DNA of 63,969 bases, counting the filler, from Octopus bimaculoides (Eukaryota): NCBI RefSeq assembly GCF_001194135.2. It is 6 parts of 6 records of this genome, joined end to end, with 100 filler letters (N's around TTAATTAATTAA, not from the genome) between each part and the next. Parts side by side here need not be neighbours in the genome. Positions count along the whole stretch, not along the records: positions 13,809 to 37,271 come from NC_068992.1; positions 37,372 to 55,519 come from NC_069000.1; 4 more parts are not named here. One strand, written 5' to 3'. Below are positions 36,064 through 47,715 of this stretch, in pieces. The notes beneath the pieces are model-generated. The model ran no database searches. It was not told the origin of the DNA and saw only the letters and a list, made by a program, of their open reading frames with translations. A program made the position numbers and the translations under genes. Numbering within the stretch: the first letter of the stretch is position 1; the number at the start of each line of letters is the position of its first letter.

Positions 36064-36252
36064 AGAGAGGGATGACAAAGGAATAAATGATTATCTTATG
36101 AACTTCATTAGCTTACAGCTGTTTCTCTCTATATTTTGCAATGGACTCATAGCTGAGTGCCTGAATAAAACCTTATAGCTTCATTGGAGCCTCAAATATG
36201 AAGTATAATGAAGTTCATAAGATAATCATTTATTTCTTTGTCATCTCTCTCT
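36064..36252. repeat. Fold-back element: 47-bp inverted arms around a 95-nt loop containing a hammerhead remnant on the minus strand
   Basis: Arms 36064-36110 and 36206-36252 differ at 2 positions. The loop on the minus strand reads agct-atgag-tcc...gaga-GAAA-CAGCTG-TA-agct. Confidence 0.85.
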
Positions 36253-36974
36253 CTCCCTCTCCCCTCTCTCTCTCTTACATGAAAAATACTGAAAAAAGCT
36301 GATAATGCTTCAAAATTTTCTTCTCTCTCTTTCCCTCTCACATCCCTTAGTCCCTTCAGCACCCTTCTCTCCTACCACATGACTGGTGTCCAGTCAAAGC
36401 ACGTTGCTCTTTTTTGGCCTGCTGTTGACTCAGCCCGACACGTTTGCATTGTGTCTGTCAAGGACTTTTTCCATTTTTTTGCACTACTTCACTATGTCTT
36501 GATAGCTGAAAAGGCTTTCCCTTTTTGTATTGTATTGTCTTAATACTGTATACATATAATGATTGCTTTTGTTTATTGTATAGCCGTAAAGCCTTTGTTA
36601 TTGTGTGTAACGTTATTTTGTCCTGTTCTCGTACACATTCGTTAGCTTTTCCTGTAGCTCTATGCTCTAGTGTTCCCGTTAAATAACAGTGGTCTTGGTT
36701 TAAATAGCATGAAACCACTATGGCATCTCAGATACCAACTGATGAGAAAGTCAGCTGCAAATGTTCCTCGTATCGTGTTTTTGCCTCCCTTTTCTGTGTC
36801 TGGGAAGAGTCATTCTTAACACACTCACCGTTAAATTTTCCACTCATTTACTTATTTATTTTTCTGAACTTTTCATTGCGTATTGCAGCCTTTCCAATAG
36901 TTGTTGACTCTGTCCGTTATTCAATTCAACAACTATTGAAAAGGTTGCAAGATACAATGAACATTTTAGAAACA

Positions 36975-37235
36975 TAAATAAGTATCCTCCCGAAGGACCT
37001 GAGAGACCTGCATGCGGTGGATGTTGGTGTCTTCAAGATGAGGCTGGACCTCTTCCTGTCAGGTGTTCCAGATGAACCAACTTCACAGCAGGAGGTTCAG
37101 ATGAGAGCAGCTGCATCAAATTCTCTCATGCACCAAATGTCAATTCCTGAAGTAAAATTGTGTAGCAACACCAAATGGCGGTGCCCCAGCATGGCCACAG
37201 CTCATGAGCTGAGACTAGATAAAATTAAAACGAAA
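36975..37235 (+). mobile_element. CR1/L2-group LINE 3' end
   Basis: ILPKDLRDLHAVDVGVFKMRLDLFLSGVPDEPTSQQEVQMRAAASNSLMHQ (FKxxLDxFLxxVPDEP...RAAxSNSL), then a 3' UTR stem-loop and an A-rich tail. Confidence 0.8.
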
Positions 37236-37429
37236 TAGGTGGAAATTTTACCGGTGAGCCTGTTAAATTATNNNNNNNNNNNNNNNNNNNNNNNNNNNNN
37301 NNNNNNNNNNNNNNNTTAATTAATTAANNNNNNNNNNNNNNNNNNNNNNNNNNNNNNNNNNNNNNNNNNNNCACTGCCACCGCCGCCTCCACTCCTACTA
37401 CTACTATTGTAATATTAATAATAATAATA

Positions 37430-37645
37430 GTTTCAAATTTTGCCACAAAGGCAACAATTTTGGGGGAGGGGCTGAGCTGTTTACATCGACCCCAGTATTT
37501 CACTGGTGCTTATTTTATCGACCCCGACGAAAGGATGAAAGGCAAAGTCGACCTCAGCGGGATTTGAACTCAGAACATAAAGACGGGCGAAATACCGCGA
37601 AATACCGCAAAACATTTTCTCCGGCGTGATAACGATTCTGTCAAC
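37430..37645 (-). mobile_element. SINE family 1 copy
   Basis: atcgaccccagt...tcgacccc..gaaaggatgaaaggcaaagtcgacctc.gcgg.atttgaactcagaac, CpGs retained. Confidence 0.85.
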
Positions 37646-37683
37646 ACGCCACTTCTAAAATAATAATAATAATAATAATAATA

Positions 37684-37718
<35 letters not shown>

Positions 37719-37763
37719 AATGGTGATGGTGATGATGATGAGGAGGATGATGATGAATGTGAT

Positions 37764-38049
37764 AATGGACTCTTCCGCCGAAGACGACAGATGAGCGTAT
37801 AGCTTTTGTCGAACGACCTGCACAAATGATTTGTTTCAAGTGATGAAATCTTCGTACCGCTCACTCTCTCCATCAAATCAATGTTGTATGAACAGGTGCG
37901 CGGTGTACTCCTCATCAGGTGTCGAAGTGATCGCAGAGCAACGTGAAATGAAGTGTTTTGCTTAAGAACTCAATGCATTATCTTGTCTAGGAATTGAAAT
38001 CACGATCGCTAGATCGTGAGTGCAACACCATAACCAGCAGGCCATGCAC
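37764..38049 (-). mobile_element. tRNA-head SINE family 5 with (ATC)n/(ATT)n tail
   Basis: Minus strand tggcctgctggtta (A box) ... gatttcaattcc (B box), central ttcttaagcaaaacactt. Homologous to 54301-54587. Confidence 0.8.
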
Positions 38050-38059
38050 TCTCACTATG

Positions 38060-38240
38060 ATAATTTCGAATTTTGGCACAAGGCCAGTAAGTTCGGGGAT
38101 GAGTCGATTACATCAATCCCACTGACAAACTGATACTTATTTTATCGACACCGAAAGGATGAAAGGCAAAGTCGATCTCGGCGGAATTTGAACTGAGAAC
38201 GCGAAGACGGACGAAATGCTGCTAAACGTTTTGCTAACAA
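38060..38240 (-). mobile_element. SINE family 1 copy
   Basis: gaaaggatgaaaggcaaagtcgatctcggcggaatttgaactgagaacg. Confidence 0.85.
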
Positions 38241-38883
38241 TATTCCAGTTCTGCAAGGCCACAGTGAATAATGAATATCATATCATGGACGCGTGTCAGC
38301 GAGTTCCTTGCGAGGAAAGATCAAATCTAACATCATCGTCTGCAAAAAGTAAAAGAAAATTGTTTTAATGTAAATCATTTCAAGAAATCGAAAGACATCT
38401 TTCATATACGAAATGTATAAAGCATAGTTTCTCCCAGAAGCGTTGCCGCAGCAAAAACATCTGTGTAAAAGTGTAAACAACATGAATGACTGACAGAGCC
38501 GTGTACAACAGAACTGTGAACAAAACTGTGTATTTATCACATATGCATTCCCATTTCTCATTTCTACACATATGCACGTTGCTGTTTCTTTGCTTATAAA
38601 TGAACAATTATAATGTTTATGCAATTCACACACGAACACTTACAACTTCCACACTCGAACAAAAAATAAAGCAAAACATCGAACGCACGCAGTCAAAAGG
38701 ACTTTGACAAAAGATGCAACAAGTTTCATTTTAAACAGTGGAAAGCTGCAGTGCTCGGTGATAAAGGTATAAAGAAGAAAGGAATAGCGGTGAATTTCGT
38801 TCTGCAAGACTCGGGCAATCGCAATACGAAAGAAGCCTCAGCACACGTCCAGAGTCGGCGTTTTGTCGAAAAATTAACACTTA

Positions 38884-39454
38884 ATGTCACTGCCCAAGCG
38901 AAGAACAAAACCAAAACAACGTTGGACAAATGACGACTACATTGAAGTGATATATGCATTCTTCAATGTAACACTAAACCCAGAACACACAGGAATAATA
39001 AAAGAAACATATAAGATATGGAGAAAAAGTGATAAAGATATATGGGAAAACAAAATGCATTTGCAAACGTCCGATGACAAATCTTACGAGAAGGGAAAGT
39101 TCCTAAAACTAAAATAAATAAACTCATACTGCAAATATCCAATAAAATGAACAACCCTCACAACGTGTACTCTACAGATTGGATACCTAACAGAAGAACA
39201 CAACTCGCATTACACACACAACTTACAATACAGCAAAAGACTCCAGCCAAACCCCATAAGAAAACATATTGATGCAATACAATACCGGGAAGAGTTTGTA
39301 CTTTCCAAAACAAAAACGTACCAAAACGAAAAGCAAAAAGAGAAAACGAAATAAAGAACACGATATACTGCTCATATCTCAGCAACACGGAGGTGTAACA
39401 AGTGACGCAATAGAAATTTACCTGAAGCTATCAGATATCAAATACTAATAATGG

Positions 39455-39509
<55 letters not shown>

Positions 39510-39990
39510 AGTAATAGAAACTACCAACATCAATTCGAAGTCATCATTTCAAAGCTGATATAGACAGGATATAACTAACTTGTACAAAGAGCAGGTCATG
39601 ATACAAGTACAGAACTATTAACAATAACGGTGTGCTTAGAAAAATACTTTGAAGTAAGCATATTGAAAGGGATTAACGTATTTAGGGGAACAAAGACAGC
39701 AATATCAAAAAACTAAAATATTTTCTCCATATATAAGGAACAGATTTAGACAAGGACCAAAAAAAAAAAAAAAAGGATTACAATAACAAAAAACAAAATC
39801 CAAACAGAATTCCTCAAAAGAGGAAAATATGGAGCAAAAACCACTATATGGTTAATAAACCCAGAATGAGAGCCAACAATGGCACTAAAACTGGGCTAGA
39901 AGCAGAAACAGACCACATGACATTAGCTTCACCGGATGAATGCACACCCATAAATAATTATGAGAAGCAAAATCGAAGTAACAGGTTAAC
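38884..39990 (+). mobile_element. R4/Dong-clade fragments E: N-terminal region plus post-RT pieces, separated by (GAT)n
   Basis: KQRWTNDDYIEVIYAFF...KETYKIWRK (R4 N-terminal KWTxEE motif), HHFKADIDRI, and GLEAETDHMTLASPD (GLKxETExxIxAAQD). Confidence 0.7.
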
Positions 39991-40069
39991 ATTAAGTGTA
40001 GATTATGGAATCAGTACAATGAGACGACCATCTGATTATGGCTTTCTTGTTCCTGAAGAATCTGATTAT

Positions 40070-40285
40070 GTCGGTTTCAAATTTTGGCACAAGGCCAGCA
40101 ATTTCGGGAGAGAGGGTATGTCGAGTTTGTCTACCTCAGTGTTCAACTGGTACTTATTTTATCGACTACGAAAGGATGAGAGGCAAAGTCGATCTCGGCG
40201 GAATTTAAATTTAGAACGTAAAGAAAGACGAAATACCTACCAGCATTTCACTCAGTGTGCTAAAGATTCTGTCAGCTCGCCGCCG
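40070..40285 (-). mobile_element. SINE family 1 copy
   Basis: tttcaaattttggcacaaggcc...actggtacttattttatcgac..gaaaggatgagaggcaaagtcgatctcggcgg. Confidence 0.85.
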
Positions 40286-40595
40286 CTTTATAGAATCCGA
40301 TTATATCCATAGACATAATCAAGTCGGCAGGGGCATTATACGACACCTCCCACTAAAAACGGTAAAGTGTTCTTCGCATATATACCAAATATGAAATGTG
40401 ATAAGACCGTAGCTACAATCACATCTTCAAACTAAAAATTAGACCAAAACAAACTGGTAATCTTTGAATTCTAGGTTCTTCGCTGTAGGGGAAGGAGGTG
40501 GAGACAATCAGTGTACATGGATTAGAATCTAAAATAATCAGGATGTGGAGCAGACTGGAAAGCGAAATCAATAATCAACAATGAATATAACAATA

Positions 40596-40753
40596 GGCGT
40601 GTGGATGTGTGGTAATAAGCTTGCTTCTCAACCACATGGTTCCGGATTCAGTCCCACTGCGTGTCACCTTGTAAATATCTTCTACTGTAGCCGCGGGTTG
40701 ACCAATGCCTTGTGAATGGATTTAATCCACGGAAACTGAAAGAAGCCCGTCGT
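40596..40753 (+). mobile_element. tRNA-head SINE family 3 (further pieces at 8172-8215, 41324-41404, 42756-42877)
   Basis: gtgtggtaa.aagcttgctt..caaccacatggttccgg.ttcagtcccactgcg (A/B boxes) ... ggaaactgaaagaagcccgtcg. Confidence 0.8.
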
Positions 40754-41323
40754 AAGTATATATATATATGTATATATATANNNNNNNNNNNNNNNNNNNN
40801 NNNNNNNNNNNNNNNNNNNNNNNNNNNNNNNNNNNNNNNNNNNNNNNNNNNNNNNNNNNNNNNNNNNNNNNNNNNNNNNNNNNNNNNNNNNNNNNNNNNN
40901 NNNNNNNNNNNNNNNNNNNNNNNNNNNNNNNNNNNNNNNNNNNNNNNNNNNNNNNNNNNNNNNNNNNNNNNNNNNNNNNNNNNNNNNNNNNNNNNNNNNN
41001 NNNNNNNNNNNNNNNNNNNNNNNNNNNNNNNNNNNNNNNNNNNNNNNNNNNNNNNNNNNNNNNNNNNNNNNNNNNNNNNNNNNNNNNNNNNNNNNNNNNN
41101 NNNNNNNNNNNNNNNNNNNNNNNNNNNNNNNNNNNNNNNNNNNNNNNNNNNNNNNNNNNNNNNNNNNNNNNNNNNNNNNNNNNNNNNNNNNNNNNNNNNN
41201 NNNNNNNNNNNNNNNNNNNNNNNNNNNNNNNNNNNNNNNNNNNNNNNNNNNNNNNNNNNNNNNNNNNNNNNNNNNNNNNNNNNNNNNNNNNNNNNNNNNA
41301 TATATATATATATAAAATATATA

Positions 41324-41404
41324 GGCGCAGGAGTGGCTGTGTGGTAAGTAACTTGCTTACCAACAACATGGTTCCGGGTTCATTTCCACTGCGTGGCACC
41401 TTTG
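41324..41404 (+). mobile_element. SINE family 3 head
   Basis: ggcgcaggagtggctgtgtggtaagtaacttgcttacc...ggttccgggttcatttccactgcgtggcacc. Confidence 0.75.
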
Positions 41405-42644
41405 CACTTCTCAACCACAATCATGACAAACATACGCGCGCGCGCAAACTGTCGAAAACCTACAATTTAGACATACAAATAAACACTGTCAAAAATTCAG
41501 TAATGCATACACATACATTTATAATCATACACATACACTTAGAATCAAACGTATAAAGCGCGCATGCGCACTCGCACACACACACACACACATGCACACA
41601 CACATACACACACACATACACACATACACACACAACCGCTGATTAAAATTGCATTTCTAAAAACCAAGCCACCCCTTACTGCCTCCTCCACTCATTTTGA
41701 TACCTTTCTCTTCTACCCTTCTCTATCCTCTCTTAATATTACTAGAACCTTTACGTATTCGCTTTAACTGTTAGAAATAACAAGGAAACCGCCCTGAAAC
41801 CCCACCCAGCGTTTTTATAGTCGCGTGTTTCATGTATAATAAATACAATGCGATTGTCACAGCAGGAATGCCTTTCGTCACAAATCTGCTCGAAGGGGGT
41901 TCGGTGTTAAAAACCGAAAACTACACTTCCCCTTTAAGGTTTCGATTTTGTGAATTCCCCTCTTTTTTCCCCTGTGATCAGTCCTCTCCTCTATCGCTTT
42001 GTATTGATTACTTTGTTATGCTTATATGGACAGGAAATTTGCATGTCATGACGTGATTGTAATATGTATAAAGTTGATGTCGCTTAAGTTGAAAAGCGAG
42101 GCACAGACACGTGTATATATAGTAATATATACATGTATGTATCCATACACATATACACACACCTATATTTAGATACATACCTAGATACATATATATGTGT
42201 GTATATGTGTATAATCCATTGACATACATACATACATACATACATACATACATACATACATACATACAAAATGATGTCAACCAAATAATGATATTTTGAA
42301 TTCATTTAATACATACGTTTCAGATAACTGCGTAATAGTATAATAGTGAATTTCATCTCTAACGCAAAATCTTCTTCGGTTAAGACATATAAAAATATGA
42401 ACAAATTGACGTAACCACAGGAAGAGAGAGAGTGTGTGTGTCTAAGGGAGAGAAAGAGAAGAAGAAAGAGAAGAAGGGGGAGGAGGAGGAGGAGGAGGAA
42501 AAAGATAGGAAGGAAGGAAGGAAAGCAGAAAGAGAGAGAAAAAGTGTGAAGGGAAGAAAAGCGATTGCTAGTGTAATTGTGAGGACCGAGTAAATATATA
42601 GATATTTGTATATATCTATCTATATATCTATATATCTATACAGC

Positions 42645-42712
<68 letters not shown>

Positions 42713-42755
42713 CCTATACATACATACATGCATACATAGGTGCGGCTGTGTGAAG

Positions 42756-42877
42756 TCGCAGGTGTGGCCGTGTCATTAGAAGCTTGCTTGCGAACCACAT
42801 GGTTTCAGGTTCAGTCGCATTGCGTAGTACCTTCCGCAAGTGTCTTCTACTATAGCCTCGGGTCGACTAAAGCCTTG
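42756..42877 (+). mobile_element. SINE family 3 copy, 3' truncated
   Basis: aagcttgcttgcgaaccacatggtttcaggttcagtc...aagtgtcttctactatagcctcgggtcgactaaagccttgt. Confidence 0.75.
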
Positions 42878-42914
42878 TCGTCATATTGCATAGTGTGATG
42901 GAGAGGCATTATTG

Positions 42915-44465
42915 TTCCATTCATGTTTTCTGTTCAAGCTCGGTCTGTCTACTTTTTTATGTGTGTGTAATCTGTCTCCGTAATCTGTCTTAGTGTCGTG
43001 TCTGTTCTATGTCTTGATATTATCTTAACATCTATGTTCTTAACTGAGGTCCTATGTTCTAATTAAACATGTTGGTAGAGCATTGGCAAGCTTTTCTCTT
43101 CTTTGAGTTCCCGCCAATGGTCATTTATCCGCTCCCCTATGCTACATACTTTCTCCTCAATGTACATTGTTGTCTTGTTTCTACACCTTCCCTCAGTACA
43201 CTGTATACTATAGACTACATTTCTAGTCTTACAGTTAACTTGTGGATTCATCCTACATACTATACAGTCGTTATCCGTACATGGGAAACTATCGAATGGA
43301 TATATTCTGTAGATTAGTGACTCTATGGGGATTCCTGGTCTTTCTACCACTTTAATCCGTAGATTTACCTAATCCAATGTTTTCCTAAAAAGCTATGCTG
43401 GTTCGCCGCCAGGGTTGGCATCAGCGAACATGACACTGGTATTTTTGATTGTCATAACATGAGTTGGCCTTAAGTATCTTCTTGGTCCTTTCTATGCTAT
43501 GCCAGAACTTACTCCTGTACAGCGGGCAGATCTCATTTGCCTCATTCTCTATGTCCTTATACTTAGCCCTGGTTCCTTTGTATACTCTAATCCTCTTCTT
43601 TTGATTGTAGCCAGAGAACTGCGTGCAGTAAATGAAGTGTTGTACGTGTCTTTCTAATTCAGTTAGGTCGCACATGTGGGATACATTTCTTATCACTCTT
43701 ACGAAGTCCGCTATTAGGATATTGAACTTGGTGTTGCCTGCAATAATTGCTTTCTTGTGGATCAGGTATTTAGAAGCCATGAGTTATTATTCTTGGTTTC
43801 CAGCCAGAGTTCTGTTTCTAAGACCAGTAATCTGTAGTTAGGGTGCTTGCTAGGGTAATCTACAGTTACTTTAATATTTTGGTGGATGGAGCTAGCTATT
43901 TACTGGATACTCCCCATAGTGCTAGCTTCTAGTTTATAGATGCTGTCTTGTCCGGGCGCTTTGACCACTATGTCGATATCAGCCACAGAACAGGAGTAGA
44001 TGGTTAGGGTTATGGAGCTCTCTGCTAATATTTCTCTGACACCAATGGATGCACCAATGGATGCACCCTCTTCATGGGCGTATATCTTGTTATTAAACTT
44101 GAACATGTGGCCTTTTATCTGGTACTCGCACCTACCACATGTGTGAGCATTTTTCTCACCTGATCGTAGTTTTCGGAGGTCCAACCGTTCCATCTCTCTC
44201 CAGGGGTCTTCTTGACCATTGAGGTTATAGTAGGAAGTTTCCTTCATGCTGATCTAGTGGGGGAGAAACAACTAAGGTTGTGCTCGTTTAAGTACTCTTT
44301 GTCACATGTAAGTCTAAGCAGGAGACCCAGTTCTTCTGTGTCAACACTACGAAGCTCCACGTTGCTCTCGCCGATCATCTTCCCACAATTCTCGATAGCA
44401 AAATCAACGTCAATGGATGGGTATGCGGATACTACATTGGTCGCTTTATGAGCCTTGCGGAGCCC
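42915..44465 (-). mobile_element. Penelope-like retroelement (probably Neptune-type): RT fragment, thumb and Zn-finger GIY-YIG, 5' truncated
   Basis: NVVSAYPSIDV, FKFNNKIYAHEEGASIG, KFNILIADFVRVIRN...QFSGY...CPLYRSKFW, PCTDNDCIVC...CKTRNVVYSIQC...YIEE...GERINDH, LRQITE. Confidence 0.88.
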
Positions 44466-44574
44466 ATACATTGCTGAGATGTTGTTATTTATACATATGC
44501 AGGTATATGTATATAAATACGTACATACATTGTCACACATACATACACACACATACATACATACGTAGATACAT

Positions 44575-44619
<45 letters not shown>

Positions 44620-44934
44620 GATCGAAAAGAGAGGCAAAAACAACAAAAGTCAAAATGACGTATACGTGGAATGTATTAGGCTGACACTCAGTCTAAGATG
44701 GAAAACAGAGGGGTTGTGACGTTTCGAGCATGGCATTTCGTCAGGAACAGAAAAGAGGAAAGATCCGGAGAGAAGGAAAACAATAGTCTCGGACAAAAAT
44801 GTGTTGTTACATGGCTGAAACATAGATACATACATACATACATACAAACAAACAAACAGACAGACATACAAACAGACAGACATATAAACATACATACATA
44901 CGCACACACGCGCGCACATACACGCACAAATATA

Positions 44935-45254
44935 TAGCTCAGTGATTAGAGCGTCGGGATCACAATCATGAAGCAGTGAGTTCGAATCCCGGACCGGGCT
45001 GCGTGTTGTGTTCTTGAGCAAGACACTTTATTTCACGATACTACAGTTCACTCAGCTGTAGAAATGAGTTGCGACGTCACTGGTGCCAAGTTGTATCGGC
45101 CTTTGTCTTTCCCTTGGATAGCATCAGTGGCGTGGAGGGGGAGGGCATGGGCGACTGCTGGTCTTCCATAAACAATCTTGCCAGGACTTGTGCCCCGGAG
45201 GGCAACTTTCTAGGTGCAATCCCATGGTCATTCACGACGAAGGGGATCTTTACC
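44935..45254 (+). mobile_element. tRNA-head SINE family 6, near full length
   Basis: tagctcagtgattagagcg (A box) ... gagttcgaatccc (B box), central gttgtgttcttgagcaagacacttta domain. Confidence 0.85.
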
Positions 45255-45779
45255 GTTTGTATATATATAATATATNNNNNNNNNNNNNNNNNNNNNNNNN
45301 NNNNNNNNNNNNNNNNNNNNNNNNNNNNNNNNNNNNNNNNNNNNNNNNNNNNNNNNNNNNNNNNNNNNNNNNNNNNNNNNNNNNNNNNNNNNNNNNNNNN
45401 NNNNNNNNNNNNNNNNNNNNNNNNNNNNNNNNNNNNNNNNNNNNNNNNNNNNNNNNNNNNNNNNNNNNNNNNNNNNNNNNNNNNNNNNNNNNNNNNNNNN
45501 NNNNNNNNNNNNNNNNNNNNNNNNNNNNNNNNNNNNNNNNNNNNNNNNNNNNNNNNNNNNNNNNNNNNNNNNNNNNNNNNNNNNNNNNNNNNNNNNNNNN
45601 NNNNNNNNNNNNNNNNNNNNNNNNNNNNNNNNNNNNNNNNNNNNNNNNNNNNNNNNNNNNNNNNNNNNNNNNNNNNNNNNNNNNNNNNNNNNNNNNNNNN
45701 NNNNNNNNNNNNNNNNNNNNNNNNNNNNNNNNNNNNNNAGATAGATATACAAGGTACGTAAGGTATTTGAGGACATACC

Positions 45780-46145
45780 TTTTTGGGGTCATTGCTGCAT
45801 TTTTTGCTAACTCTCTATAATCCTTCTTTCAGAAAATAACAATGGCAGACCCTCAGCTCACTCAAGAAATGGAAAGGAATGCTGGTATTGTGGTTATAAA
45901 GGCTGAGCATTGTGATTTAGAAATATCTCGAGTTTTAAAAGTTGCCAGATCTTTCGTCTACAAAGTTTGTAAGGAGCTAGAGACTGAAAACGGAAATGCA
46001 TCATCAGTATCAAAGCATAAAAAGCATTCTAAACACTCTGAAATAATCAGAACACCTGAATTTATCCAGCAAGTACAATCCCAGAAAGTCCATGAGGTCA
46101 ATTGCAGAACATCTCTTTGTGTCAGAAAGAACAGTCAGAAATGTT
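45780..46145 (+). mobile_element. Tc1/mariner-superfamily transposase 5' fragment (HTH)
   Basis: MADPQLTQEMERNAGIVVIKAEHCDLEISRVLKVARSFVYKVCKEL...RTPEFIQQV, then frameshifted PRKSMRSIAEHLFVSERTVRNVV. Confidence 0.75.
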
Positions 46146-47329
46146 GTTCAATACGGCGCTGGGAAACTTTTAAAGAAGTTGTTTCCTTTGGTAATCAAAT
46201 ATCGGTTAGATACGCGATGGAGTGCAAGAAATGCAGCAGACCAGTGGCGAATTATCTCGCACTAATTCTTCAAGCTCTTGAAAAAATAAGTGATGATGAA
46301 ACCGAGACTTGAGAGACCAGGAATGATGCCTGCAATCTCTATAACCGGATATTCAACTATGATTTCTTGAACTTGCTGGGATTCTGGAACAGAACTCTCT
46401 CTCACATTGACCGGGTGCAAAAGAGACTTCAAGATCCAAGTATGAACTTCCACGATGCTGCTGCTGATAACAAAGCTCTTCGAATTTATTTTGAAGACGA
46501 AAGAGAATCTTTGATCTGTGAGTCCCTTGAAGACGGATTTGCTCTGTGCAAGGAATGGAATGTCGATTTTCAGAGAAGACGAAGAAGACGTTAATCCACT
46601 GGTGAAAATATCAAGGACGCTAAACTAACCGCGACGAAAGGGTTTGAAAGAATAATGAAGGATGCTCTTAATCGTCTTCAAACTGAAATGAAACGGCGGT
46701 TCACTCGCCTCAACGAAACTGACACTATGTTTGGTTCTCTTCTCAATGTCCATAGTTTGCGCTACGCAACTGTTTCTGACAACTTTACCCTTAAGGAGAA
46801 ATGCAACTATCATGCTGGTGTATACAACTCTGATATTAATGGAGAGCACTTTTTCGAAGAAATATTGGACTGTAGAGCATTGCTGGCAACTCGGACCGCC
46901 AAAATGATTACAAGGCCAGAAGCCCTCCTTGAATTCATCGTTCAATATGGAGATGAATGCATTTTTCCAAATTTGCGAATCAGCATACACATCATGCTGA
47001 CGGTTTCTGTTTCAATCGCCAGCTGCCAGAGGTCTTTCAGCAAGCTGAAACTAATATTTTCGTATATGAGAACCTCCATGAGCCAACAACAACTCAGTCA
47101 TCTCGCTCTTCTCAGAGTGGGAAGTAATGAATTTGAGAGAACGGATTTTAAACAAATTATTGATCAGTTTGCTTCTCTAACGGTACGGAACATAAGATTG
47201 ATTAAATCTTTTATTGCAATTTTTTAAAATCAGTTATTCATTTTTTCTATGCAAGTTTCCACTTTTTGGCTGGATGGGGGACAATTTTGGAGCTTGCCCC
47301 GGACGCCATTTACTCCAGATATGCCCCTG
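46146..47329 (+). mobile_element. hAT (ZMYM1-like/Tip100-type) transposase 3' half with right terminus, pseudogenised
   Basis: SIRRWETFK, DTRWSARNA, and IFPNLRISIHIMLTVSVSIASCQRSFSKLKLIFSYMRTSMSQQQLSHLALL (hAT dimerisation domain). Terminus ...ccagatatgcccctg at 47329. Confidence 0.9.
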
Positions 47330-47338
47330 TATATATAT

Positions 47339-47381
<43 letters not shown>

Positions 47382-47661
47382 CAATGGGCTTCTACTCAGT
47401 TTTCGTCTACCAAATTCACATTGGTCAACCCAGGGCTACAGTGGAAGAGACTTGCCGAAGTCGCTAGGCAGTGGCATTGAATCCGAAACCACGCGTTTGC
47501 AATGCGACCTTTTTAACCACACAACCATGCCTACATACATACATACATACATACATACATACATACATACATGTGTGTATGCTATTTATGAATATACTTG
47601 CACGAATTTGTCCGTGCTTTTCTGTGTTTCTCTCGCGTCATACATACCATACTTATAAATG

Positions 47662-47715
<54 letters not shown>

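Noticed and set aside
36737-36752. CTGATGA-GAAA-GTC
   Set aside because: Core halves are adjacent with no stem II, so this is not a viable hammerhead.
38790-38860. CGGGCAAT upstream of the R4 N-terminus, suggestive of an HDV-like ribozyme
   Set aside because: Could not build the P1/P2/P3 double pseudoknot by eye. It needs a structure-descriptor search.
38751-38933. ORF beginning LGDKG, resembling the expected next GPSM exon (VGDKSG)
   Set aside because: Wrong splice phase, no pyrimidine tract, and the rest is unrelated to LGN.
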